Below, piece by piece: positions 49,901 through 62,253 of a stretch of 64,000 nt of DNA (position 1 is its first letter; every line of letters starts with the position of its first letter). The notes below the pieces were generated by a model. The model saw only the letters and a list, made by a program, of their open reading frames with translations. It was not told the origin of the DNA and ran no database searches. The position numbers and the translations under genes are program-made. The stretch comes from Botryllus schlosseri (Eukaryota). Where the stretch lies: NCBI GenBank assembly GCA_051294905.1, contig CM119372.1, positions 25,174,001 through 25,238,000 on the forward strand, written 5' to 3'.

Positions 49901-52900
49901 TTTTTTTTATTATGACTTATCGAAAATTTGAGGTTCCGCGACGGTTTACATATTTGTGTAAGTGTACCCTAGATTAGCACCTGTTAAGAATCACTGCTCT
50001 CTAGCAATGACAAGCGAATCCCTACCCACCAGTAACGATAATTAATGCATATAGTGACGGTATATAGTGACATCGCCTATTGGTGGCAACTCTCTTCATT
50101 GAGCTACAGTCATATTTAAAGTCCACATTTATACCCTGGAAGGAGAATCTTCGCTATCTCTAGAGTATATAGGAACACTTGTCAACCTACAGATAAACCG
50201 CGAGTACGATATATGTATAGAAAATCTCGGAAATTTTACCATAAATTCCTGATCCTGTTTTTAACGCCAAAATTCATTGGATTTCCGGATAAAGCGGGAA
50301 GTATGGTAGCCGTATTTTTTCCTATGCCGGTATATAGCGATGCCATGACTGTTGGAGGTGCAGTTAGCAGTCGGACTAGATTCTGGTAAATTTGCGAGGA
50401 ACTGTGCTTAGATACTGCTCCCGATTAAACAAAACTGCAAATATATGCTTCTGAACAAAATACATTGAACAATATCCACTAATATAGAATGTCCTTCAGT
50501 GATTAATAACTTCATTGGCGATATGTCCAGAGAATGAGCTGTGATATTGACATTTTTAACCCGTATAATTGCACAATTTTCTTGAAGATCGGGCCCTTTA
50601 AAACATTTAGGAGCATAAATGCCCCCTTGGCCACCTTCCCTCTGCACCAAGATTATGCATAAATAGTAAATACGTCGCAAAGCCCTACGAAGATAGGTTG
50701 TCAATATCTAAATGAAGGCGGCCACACAAACACTTGTTGAAGATTGGCATAATGAATTCCCAATCCATTGTAAAGGTTTCACTGAGAGCATGAACATATG
50801 AGGTCATCTCAGGTCACAATGCTATTTTGAACCCAAATCAACGTTTGCATTCCTGTCTGCGCCTCTGTCGAATTAGGATATTGCCGTAGTAGTATAGCAG
50901 TTAATCAGAGTAGTGCGACTCTATCCTGATATTATAGCAACTTGTTGATTACATTGCAATGGATGCGGGGCCACAAACACTCCTTATCCACCCCAGTATT
51001 GTTTGGCTGCTCAGAGAAACCTTCGAGCCCCGCAGGGAGCATTTCGGCATCGCGGGACGTAAGTATCTTTTATGGTTTCATCAGAAAGGCCGATAATGAT
51101 CACGATCATGGTTACATTATATATTTAAACAACTTTATGACAACAACCATTGGATTTTCGGAAATGAGGAATGGGACCTACGATAAGTTATCGTGAGGAA
51201 TATTATTTTGATATTTTCAAATTCCATTATATCTGTATCTTTTGCACAGCAATCAACGTAATAGCTTGTTTCGGCCCCATATGTAAATTTACTCGAAACG
51301 AGAAACTATACGGTGACCGTCGGCAGGCTATTCTCCATACAATCCACAATCCACCGCCATCGGTTAATTAAGGGCGAAAAATACCGCAAATCAGCGGAAA
51401 TAGGCCGCACAGATATCAGAGAAGTGAAACCAATATAATTCATGTGCGCAAAATGTTGAAGAAAGGAATCATTTATTCAGTGATAACATCCGACTCGATA
51501 AAGACCATATCATCGATTATAGTCGAAATTGGCAAATAGGAAGAAATAATGCTGTCGGCGTTAGTTGATGATCTCGCCTATGCGTTGCAGATTAATATCT
51601 GTGTACTTTTTTACCACCGGGACTTACCTCCCTCGAGGCAATATACCTATGAATTTGGCTGAGACATGTATGTCTAAAGTGTGCACACTGCACAGAGCAC
51701 ACTTATCTCATGCCGCGGCTATGACGTGTTTACCTGCAATTAAGTCGTCGGTTGTTAGCAGAGCATATTCTTATCCTGTCCGAGGTGATAATAAATATGA
51801 TGGGTGTATGTATGATATCAAATTGGACACCATTGGTATGCAGTATAATTATATTGCCAGATAAAATGCGTTCAAGTACCGTATATTTCTTTAATTGAAA
51901 TCGTGCTTTCCACACACGCGTTTCGTATATAGGCTATATATATATATTGTTCAAATGAATGGTAGATGTGTAACTAACGAACCGTTTCATAATAACCGTT
52001 CATAAAATTGCCACACAACACACACACACCGCAATTGATGCGATATGACCATACGCAATTGGATGCTCTTAAAATAAACCACGCACAAGGAGAGTACTGT
52101 ACCTTGTACTCAGTCGCATACTTAGTTTATGCTAGTTAGTAATTATTTCGTCCATATAATGCATGATGTTCTTTCAACTCTTCTAAAATTACTATCAGCT
52201 TTATTTCGTCATCTCCCGCTCGTCAAAATAGAACAATACCATAAGATGTTGAAGTCGATATCTATAAATGATCCTGGACGCTTTTCAGTGGTTTTTAATT
52301 ACTACTGATTAATGGATACACGATGAGAATGACTATCCTTCCAAAGATCCGGTAAATGACTTAATAATTATTATTAAAGCATATGTGACTCCGATTTTTC
52401 AAAGATATATAGATCTTAACTGCAAGTATACCTATACACCCTCCAACTCGACAATATATGCAATAATGAAATTCATCACCGCCGATCCAATTCTAGCGCA
52501 ATTCAGAATTGACATAGGACGGGACATGTGAGTGTAACTCGAGAGAATGTTATTATATAAGGCGGTCCTGCATCATGGTGCGAAATGCATCATTTTTGCT
52601 CCCACTCAACAACAACAGCTACGATACGGACGTGCAGAAGAATACACTTTTAACATTTAACGAGTTAACATTTCTCAAGAGTTACCTTAGACTCGAATTG
52701 AAATTTTATTAGCCAATTTCTATTATCGATGATGACGTAACACGAAGTAAAATTGTAAATACGAGAGAGAATAGATGCGAATGGTGTAATTTAATGAACG
52801 ATTTTCAAAAGATGAACGAATTCATTTTGCTGACATAGACTAGCTTGGCGAATTGCAATGGTTGTAGTTCAAGAGCAGACAAATGAAATAGATTGCGACC

Positions 52901-53823
52901 CGTTCGCCAAGATAGAGAACTTATCATACGGTAATTTGCAGCACATGCTGGGGTTTCGAGCAAATGAATACCAATGGCAGAGTTTTAGTAATGTCCTGAT
53001 TGTAGTATGACGTCACAAAGAGTAAAGTAGAATTATTCATGTGTATTCAGAGGTTATGTAGCGTCTCTTCATATCATAATCATATCCAATGAGTGTGGTG
53101 TGCGGAACTGAGATCAGGAATCGTGTAAGAGTTAGCCTATAAAATAAGCCCCTCTTTACAATTCCCAAGTATCGTTATTCAGAAACCCGCCATGACAGCC
53201 GTATGGCAAGGATGATGAAATTTTATGTTATGTAACATTTCTATAATTGCACGTCTCCCATATTATATAAATGATATGGCACGTCTATTATCACTTGAGC
53301 GTGACGAATATGAAAGATAGCATGCTTGTAATCTAAACTCGTGAATGCCAAATGTTGTGATGTTGACTTAAATCTCTAGAACTAGAGCGATAACTAAAAT
53401 TATATACAGCATGTTGTAATTACTGCTTATTAAAATTCGAATGACGCTTTCCAATGTTGATAAATATATACATCTTTCATCACACCATTATCAGGCTGCA
53501 TATGAGCTATATATGGCAAGATGTTTGTCTGCAGCCATTGCACGGAAAATATGATTGGACATTCCAAGTTCTGCAAAGATTTTCCCGTTATAAAGTAAGA
53601 ATCACTAGTAGATGTACAAAATCGGTCACAAGATTTTCAAATTGATCAAGTGATATGTATTTGACTACTTCCAATTGTACTCGAGCAGTATCGGAAGAGT
53701 ATCATTAATCATTACTGACGACTCCATTAGGTGGACCGATAAATATCACGACATGGGCTCAGGGAGGAAAGATGGTAATAATGTATGTAAGTGCCAATAC
53801 CATTGACAACATTCATTCATTAC

Positions 53824-54677
53824 TAGGGCAAGTTTTTGCAACTTTTGCAAATTTTTTTACAGCTTCCGGCAGCTTCCTAGATACGTAGAATCTATTAACT
53901 ATGATGTCTTAAGCGGTTAGGACGGATTTTATAGTGCAACTTTTTGCAGCTTTTCTCCATTTTTCATGCCAATTTTTACTGCAACTTTTATCAAATATTG
54001 CGTAAAAATGTAAAGGAGTGATTCAAAAATATGATATAAACTATTTCTAGTATGGTTCTATTATCTTTGATTTGCATAACAAAGAGCTGTATGATGGGTT
54101 AGCGGCATCTCACTATTATATATGTCACAATGACTTGCAAGCAAGAAGTTCAACTACCTCTGCCAAGCACGGCCGTGCCCGAACAATATGTAAACAGATC
54201 ACTATATTAATTATGTCGTTTAAATTTCAGACAGTTTCCCATTTCACGAACGCCCAGGCGAGACTTTCGACAATTATATTTTCACTGGGTCACCTGCTTC
54301 AGGCTTTTGATTTTGTTATAGTCGCCAAGAGTGAGTTTTTCTTCAATGCCTTGGGCTAAGTTTGCAGACCTAGGGGGTTTGGGGTGTGGTACTTGACCTG
54401 TTTCAGGGGGTGGGGTTATCGGTATGCTGTTTGGCTTTTTTGGGGCAAATTATTCCCTCATTGCGTCATTTTCTTGCTGTGTACCGGAGAAAAATATAAT
54501 TTTTGGCGGTCTCGCCAAATTTAACAGCTCTGCAGGAACTAGGCTATACAACGGAACCTTTCGAGTGTCTCATACCCTAATAATTTAACAAAAATTATAA
54601 ATGCAACTTTTTCCGCAAATTTTGTTAAAATTAAGTTCAACTTTCTCGCGATTTTAGTGCATCAAAAACGTGCGCTA
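53824..54677. mobile_element. hAT-type element with GCAACTTT arrays; related copy at about 10290-10750
   Basis: TAGGGCAAGTTTTTG / CAAAAACGTGCGCTA; perfect TSD TTCATTAC. Confidence 0.85.
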
Positions 54678-55367
54678 TTCATTACCTCTGACATTTTTCC
54701 CGCTTGCGCGATTGAATAGTGGCCGACCGTAATAAATAGATGACATGGAGTTCGAAGAATGCCATGTTTGCTCAAAGTGAAGATTGAGCATGGTGCTATA
54801 GTTGCATTAAACGTTTTCGTTAATCTGGAGCGAAACCTTGTCTGCGGAAGAGATGAAATCCGCCCGAGTACTTTGCGCCCGAACCCGAAGGTTGATTGCA
54901 AACCAGATTGAAACCTGAGAACGATAATACGCAGGACCGAAACAGGAATTTTTCATCCCCCTCGGGCTCTTGGGCTTTTCTATAGCGTGATCAACTGAAC
55001 GTCTGTAGGGCTTAGCCGCTCCCCCAGACCCTACCCATTACAGAACCGGCCTTTTCAACACTATTCTCGGTGTACATTTGCAAATTCATGACTGGATTTC
55101 GTCCATAGTATTGATAATCGCATATATTATTACTAATCATTTTGGTTCCTCTTTCCGTCATCGTGTTCAGATATAACGGAAAAGCTGAGGGAGGTGGTAT
55201 CTTCGAAAATTTAGGGCACATATAATCAGAGGGGTATGAGCATGGTATTTCGTTGAAAATGCCGCCCAAATTTTGAAATAGTTTCAATCTTTTCATTGAT
55301 ATTTAGTGGAAATCATGTTGTGTTGACTAAAAAAAGGCCATCACATCACATTTTGCCGCCCCCTTGC

Positions 55368-55982
55368 TAGGGCTGTTCAAAAATAACTTTTTTTCCGGAT
55401 TCCAGCCATTCAGTGATTAAATTGTCAGGTTACCTTAAAAACGCTGCACACCAAATTTGGTTCAATTCTAACAAGTATAGGGCTCCGCGGATCCAATTGA
55501 AATTTTTAATTTATACAGGAAAATTGAAAAATAAAATTTTTCAAATTTTTCTGTCAACACCATGAAATTGTTGAGCTGTCTTCAGAGACGATGCAAAAAA
55601 AAATTTGACTCAATTCGGACTAGTAGAAGTGGAGTTATTGGAGTTTTTCGTTGATAATTCTCCAATTATCCTTGATTGGTGGATAATCCGAGAATTATCA
55701 ACGAAAAACTCAAATAACTCCGCTTCTACTGGTTGGAATTGACTCAAATTTCATTTGCATGGTCTTTGAAGACATCTCAACATTTTCATGGGGTTGAAAG
55801 AAAAATTTGAAATTTTTTTTTTAATTGCACGTAGTAAATTAAAATTTTTAATTGGCTCTGCGGACGCTTAGACATGTTCGAATTGAACCAAATTTGGTGT
55901 GCAGCCTTTGTTGTGGCAACCTGACAATTTAATCAGTGAATGGCTGGAATCAGGGAAAAAAAGTTATTTTTGAACAGCCCTC
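55368..55982. mobile_element. Foldback (whole-length palindromic) non-autonomous DNA transposon, Sola2-like
   Basis: Arms of about 300 bp are inverted around a short loop near 55672-55680; termini (T/G)AGGGCTGTTCAAAAATAAC / GTTATTTTTGAACAGCCCTC; 4-bp TSD TTGC. Confidence 0.85.
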
Positions 55983-58968
55983 TTGCAGCCTACCGCCATT
56001 GGCGCAGAGCCATAAGCGCCAAGTGGCTGCTACACCACTGCGTATAATTATTAATTATAACATCTTAGGAAGGGATCGTTGCTATTAATACGTTGTTATA
56101 TTTTGTTATGTGGTGACATCCCGTCTGCTACATAGTCAAGAGATATTGTAATCATCCAAACGTACCAAACTAAACTACAAGAAAAAGTAATTTCGTGAGA
56201 CACAAATTGTCATTTTATCCCGGGGCTCATACTATACCTTTGCGGGCGAACCGTGTGGGATTCGTATTGTGTGGCTCCGATTGTGAGGAGCGGACTATAT
56301 TCGTCGTCGGCTATTCAGGCCAAGGGAAAATGGACAATTCGATATATATATCGAAAGTTTCAGTCAATATGAAACGGTAATTTCTGCCAATGTCTGTTTG
56401 GTAGCACACTTCGCGGATTTGCATGTTGGTCGAAACTGCATATGTCTTGATATGTCGCGGCGCGGTAATGGCCGGCACCGAAACACTTATTCCTATAAAT
56501 TATGCTCATTTATTTCTTGGGGGCGATACCTCTATTAAAATCAAGATATATAGAGTAGAGCCCGACCGATTATCGGTTCGCCGATAATATCGAGTCGATA
56601 TCACACTTTGAAAGAATTATCGGTATCGGCCATTGGAGGTGAAAAAATATTGGCAATTTTCGTGACGTCACAACATGGTGGTAGGAATACAAAAAACTAT
56701 AATCCTTGACCGCTAGACTGGGATATTGCTATATTTCACATAATAGCTTACACTTTCAAGGTGTTCGCAGCCTTTCTAATGCATTTCATGTTTGAGTATG
56801 ACAATGGCTGTAAGGCTGTTGAAATAAATGCTTTTAAGTTTCGAGAATGCGCCTTTTGAGGTAGATTTCACCCAGGGGCGTAGCCAGGGGGGTGTTTCGG
56901 GTGTCCAAACACCCCCCTTTCCAAACTAGAATATTCCCCCTTTTTAATCGCAAATCTAAAGGTACTATTTCATGGCATAACCACGCATTCGTACACTGTA
57001 AATCCGCAAGGTCGTATTGAACACTTCATAACACTTTTTTCTGCGTACAGACACATTTTTTTGGCATATAAACGCATTGGGCCATTATCGTCGCAACGCT
57101 TCTGCGTATTTCTCCGTTTACATGTAACACTTCGCCACTGCGGCTTATTTTCACGAAAATATATACTTGGTAATTTATCATCAATTTTGCATTCATAAAC
57201 CATCGCTACGTTTGGAGATCACATTAAATCACGGTATATGTAAAATAATATTACTCACTTGACCCAACACTAAGTTTAAGGGTAATATTTCAATGAAATA
57301 TACATATTTCCCTGTGACGCAGAGGGGTCACAACCTTCGTTACGGTAGAGCGCGCTCGATTTCAGTTTGGATTTGAATTGGTGGTTCCTGGTTCGTCAGG
57401 CTTCAGGCAGAGAGTAGGGTACACGAAAAAACTTGGCGAAATGGATATATCGAAGCAGTTTCTGCTACCTGATGGCGTAAAGGATCATAACATCCATGTA
57501 CTGTAAGGTATGGAAATGCGGTAAATGTTATTGAATGTATGTAATGTGAGAATAGTCATAAAATTAACTCGCTTTGACATTGCAGTAACGTCGTTTGTTT
57601 TAGATGTTTTAGCAGGCTACTGATATCCCTTATTCATATGAATGTTCTTTAGATGTTTTGTAGGATATGATTCGTCTGATATTATTGCTGTATGATCGAG
57701 CTTCAAATCTGATAATATACCAGGCTGCGACCAGGTCCAGTACTACGGTACTGATGGGAAGCTGCTATAAAAGTAAATTTTTTGACATATGGATAAAGGG
57801 ATGTTCTCTCTATCCACACTGAAATATCACTATGTAGGCGATATTGTGGTCCATTGTGGACAAGTACTGCAATGTCAGCAATTGAATGCCGGTATGACAG
57901 TCATGCAACGGTTTTGATTGTTTTTCAACTGCAACACATTTTACACTGTAGGCCTACTGTTTATTCCAAGTGGTAAGGTGTTAACTGAAGCGATTTTTTT
58001 TTGACATGTCAAAATAGGTCAGAATTCTGTCAAAATTGTACCGTTAGGTCAAAAATTGCCAAAATTCTTTACAAAATCAAAATTTTGTTGGCAACTTGCA
58101 TTTCGTTTGTATCATAGATGATTGCACTGTCGGTGAACTTATCATTTTACAATTTAAATCTTGTAGCCTACTTTATAGTCCTACCGTTGTAGTCGGACCA
58201 TCGTCTGCTCATTGTGAATCATTAACTGTCAAATGAAACGAATACTCAACGTAGCCTATTGCACTATCCTAACTGAAGCAAGACTGCGTGGGCATTGGTT
58301 CTTCTATTAGAAACCGTATGATGAATAATTGCGATGTAGACAACTTTGTCATAATGAGAGAGAGAGTGCAGTGTACGCACAACTTCAGTGTTGCCGGCCA
58401 ACAACTGCAGCTGGTGAACATTCTTTCTTCATTCTTGCCAAGCCACTTAGTTAAGACAGACACTTTCTACCCGAAAATGTAGGAAAGTATCTTTCGTTGT
58501 ACTACAACAAATTTTTAATTATTTCTACCATAATACGAGATGTAACTAATACTAGAACTATTCATGGGTCCAGATTTCGATAAAATAAGTTCTTTTTCAT
58601 GTAAAAATTTGTCAATTTTTATGCTAAAAGATTTTTTCAGGTCAAATTACTTCGGAAGAACAGACAGCTCCAGCCAGAAATAAAGATAAGTTCCGGTAAT
58701 ACAATTCTAACACCATGTGAGAAACACCTAATTTAAGTACATGGGGTCAAAATTAAGTTTTTCATCATCAAAATATGTGTGAATTTGAATTTTTTAGTCA
58801 AAGTCTTACCTTTTTAGGTCCAAAAAATCGCCCCAATAATAGCACAGCCAAACAAACAATCTTTTCAACAAACCATGGATCACAAGGGGTAGTATTTGTT
58901 TTGCCCAATCCCCAAATTTGACTTTTCCGAGTTTAATTGTGATACGGTAACTGAACTAAACTCTATTT

Positions 58969-61890
58969 TGCAGGTAGTATGTATTGAACTTGGCACCTTT
59001 TTGAAATGCATTTGCTGTATGGAATACTGGTAAGCATCACGGTGTTTTGTAAGTGAACTGGTATAGGCTATCCTTAGAGAATGAATTTGATTCTGTTGCA
59101 ATCGGTTATCTTTGTGATAAAGATTTTTATGAATGTTTGCTGGTAAAATTTCACAAAAATTGTTAACAATCCAGGAAGTATACTAACTGTGCCAGAGTAA
59201 ATTTGGTGGTAAGGTCATGTGCAACTTTCCATTCCATTACTCAATTATTCTATGAAATACACCCTTCTGTCACGCACAACTTATTGCAGAAAAAAAAACT
59301 GTATCCAGTATGATATCTGCGTGATTACTGAGCAGTTCATTTGTATTGCGAATTTTGGCAACAAATATTTCTTTTCAATAGTCTTGGATTGATCATCAAA
59401 TTCGTTCAACTGATGTCCACTCTTTAAAAAGAGCCCTCTGGGTCTACCGTGCCTGCGCTATCAGCCAATGTTGACAGTGACGTGAGGAGTCGTTCGTAAC
59501 GGGTTTTGTGCCGGCACAGTCATCTTATGTGATACAGACCTTTGTCTCAAGAGCCCATGGATACATGTGATTATGTAAGCCTATTTTTTCATTTTATATA
59601 TCACCATTGATTATGTAATTTGCTGGTTTTTGCAGTCCTACTTTTCTTACGAACTATCTCGCAGAGTAGCTTACGGGCTATTCGATATGAGCTGAAAAAG
59701 GCTTCATCTGTGTACACTGTACAGTGTACAGTACAGTGTACACTGAACACTGAACAGAGATGTAGTTGAACGTAATGAGCTCGTGTATCTTGTACTTTAA
59801 CTATTGCTTACTGAACTATAATGGGCTAGGTCAGTGGTTCTCAACCTGGGGGGCTGAGCAACTCTCCTGCGCTTCTGTAACCTATCTGTGTGAAATATTT
59901 ATATTTACTTCTGCATCAAATTTACAATTTTCCTTTGTAATGTTTCGTATTTTCTAGGAGCAGCATTTGGATTTGACCAGTAAAAAAAAGATCCGCCATG
60001 GCACGCCACGAATCAGGGACTCATCAAGCCTGGGTTGCGGCTGATGGAAAGAATATGAAAAATGCCCTAATGTGCAGGTAGTATGTATTGCAATTGGCAC
60101 CTTCTTGAAATGCATTTGTTGTTTAAAATACTGGTAAGCATCGCGGTATTTCGTAAGTAAACTGGTATGTCCTTAGATAATGAATTTGATTCTGCTGCAT
60201 TCGGTTATTTTTATGAATGTTTGCTGGTAAAATTCCACTAAAATGATTACCAATCCAGGAAAGTATGCTACTCGTGCTGTAGTAAAATTGGTGGTACGGT
60301 CACATGCAACTTTAACTTTCCATTACAATAATTATTTGTTCTATGAAAGACACCCTTTTGTCACATACAAATGTATCCAGTGTGATATCTGCGTAATACT
60401 GAATGCCGATGACGTCATATTTTGTGATACGATTTTGATGTACAACGTTCTTTCGAGTTCACTACTAGTTGCTGACAATTACCCCTGACGAGTCTCAGCC
60501 GAAAATATTCGGGCTCATTTCAATATGCATATACTATTCAATTTTATATTGAAGTTTTGCACCTCGAAGAAGCTGTTCGAATATTGAATAGTTCCCTTGT
60601 ATTGCAAATTTTTGAAACAAGTATTTTCTTTTCAACAGTCTTGGATTGATCTTCAAATTCATCCAACTGGTGTCGACTCTTCGAAGAGACCCCCTGGTTC
60701 TACCGTGCCTGTGCTAACAGACAATGTTGATAGTGACGTGAGGAGTCATCTGAACGGATTTTGTGCCGGTGCAGTCATCTTTTGCGATAATACTTTTGCC
60801 TCAAGAACCCATGGAAACATGTGATCATGTAAGTCTATTTATTCATTTCATATATCACCATTGATCATGTAATGTGCTGGTTTTTGCAGTCCTAATTTTC
60901 TTAATAACTATCTATATATGCGATATGAGCTGAAGAGAGGCTTGATCTGTGTACATTGAATAGAGGTGTTCTTGAATGTAAAGAGCTGGGGTAACTTGTA
61001 TTTAAACTACTGCTTACTGAACTATACTTGGAACATCAAATTGAGATCATTTCCCATTTCGTGCTACTTACAAATAATTTCGTTATTAAATTTAATCAGG
61101 AAGGAAGTATTTTGAAAGATTGAGAACAATTGCAATTACTGCAATGAAGGAAAAGTATTCAACACCATCGATAAGATGTCACAAAGTTTTTTTGTACTAA
61201 AGACAATCAATGTGTCCTTTGTCTGGTCAATTATTGTAATGGAAATCCAAACCCATAGGAATAACGATTCTACTATATTTATTTTCGGATCTTGTTTGTA
61301 ATCAATTACATTTTCAGCAAAACGAGGTTGATGAAGTCAACTGTCTTCTTCTCCAAGCCAAATTGAGAGACAAGCTAATACAATCCAAGACCCAAGCGCA
61401 TGTCTTATTGAAACAGGTATCGTAATCTTTCTGTTTTGTGGACCATACAAATTTACATAGACTGTTCGTAGACGTACATAGACGTTCTGCTATAAATTTC
61501 ATTCTGAGTTACAGTTCTGCATTCTCACTGTGGCCTGTGCGTCTGAATGTCAATGTAAATGTCAAAATGGCCGAATTGAAAAAAGCGCAGACCTAATTCA
61601 AGATATTTTTATTAGTCGTTATGCGAATTTTAGTCCTTCTCGGTGATAGGATTTCACATGTACCCGAGCGCCTTTCCTGCGCTTGTGTAACCTGCATGTG
61701 TGAAATAGTTATATTTATTTTTGCATAAAATTTTGAATTTTCATTGACATATTCAAAACTTTGGAATTTAATCACATTTTCAAGGAGCACAACTTGGAGT
61801 CGACCAGTAGAAAAGAAGCAAACACCATGGCACGCCACGAATCAGAGATTGACAGATCCTGGATTGCAGCTGATGCCAAGAATATAAAAC
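58969..61890. repeat. Diverged tandem duplication (unit 1 about 58969-60072; unit 2 about 60073-61890 with indels)
   Basis: 58969-59820 is collinear with 60073-61026. 59958-60060 matches 61785-61890 (CCATGGCACGCCACGAATCAG in both). Confidence 0.85.
60482..60513 (+). ncRNA. Candidate minimal type I hammerhead ribozyme (Penelope-like element associated)
   Basis: CCC-CTGACGA-GTCTCAGCC-GAAA-ATAT-TC-GGG, inside an insertion of about 185 bp present in only one duplicate. Confidence 0.55.
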
Positions 61891-61968
61891 TGCTTCAGTG
61901 AAAATGAAGTATTCAGAAACATTGTTGACGTTTTGAGCTACTATGCATTGGATTGTCATACCCTGAAG

Positions 61969-62253
61969 GAGTGGTTCTCAAACAGGAGAAAGCATTTGAA
62001 GGGGCGTGAACCCGCTGTCAACTAAAATCTTTTTCGCACATGGCAGCTTCTACTTATTTCTCTATGTATGGTCAGAATTTAATATTTGAATATTCTCTCA
62101 TCAACAACTATTACCGTCACTGCCATCCAACTATCAGTTGGGATTTCTAGCGTTCAGGTTGCTTTTTTTAATTTCATGATACGACGATAAGGGGTGTGTG
62201 AAATTTTTTTGCTATCATAACGGGGCGTGTCCAAATATGTTCAAGAACCAGTG
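61969..62253. mobile_element. hAT MITE of the 15021-15341 family
   Basis: GAGTGGTTCTCAAAC / GTTCAAGAACCAGTG; TSD CCCTGAAG/CCCTAATG. Confidence 0.78.

Noticed and set aside
47000..53800. Short ORFs in the long AT-rich stretch
   Set aside because: No recognisable domains, no consistent exon chain and no codon-like composition.
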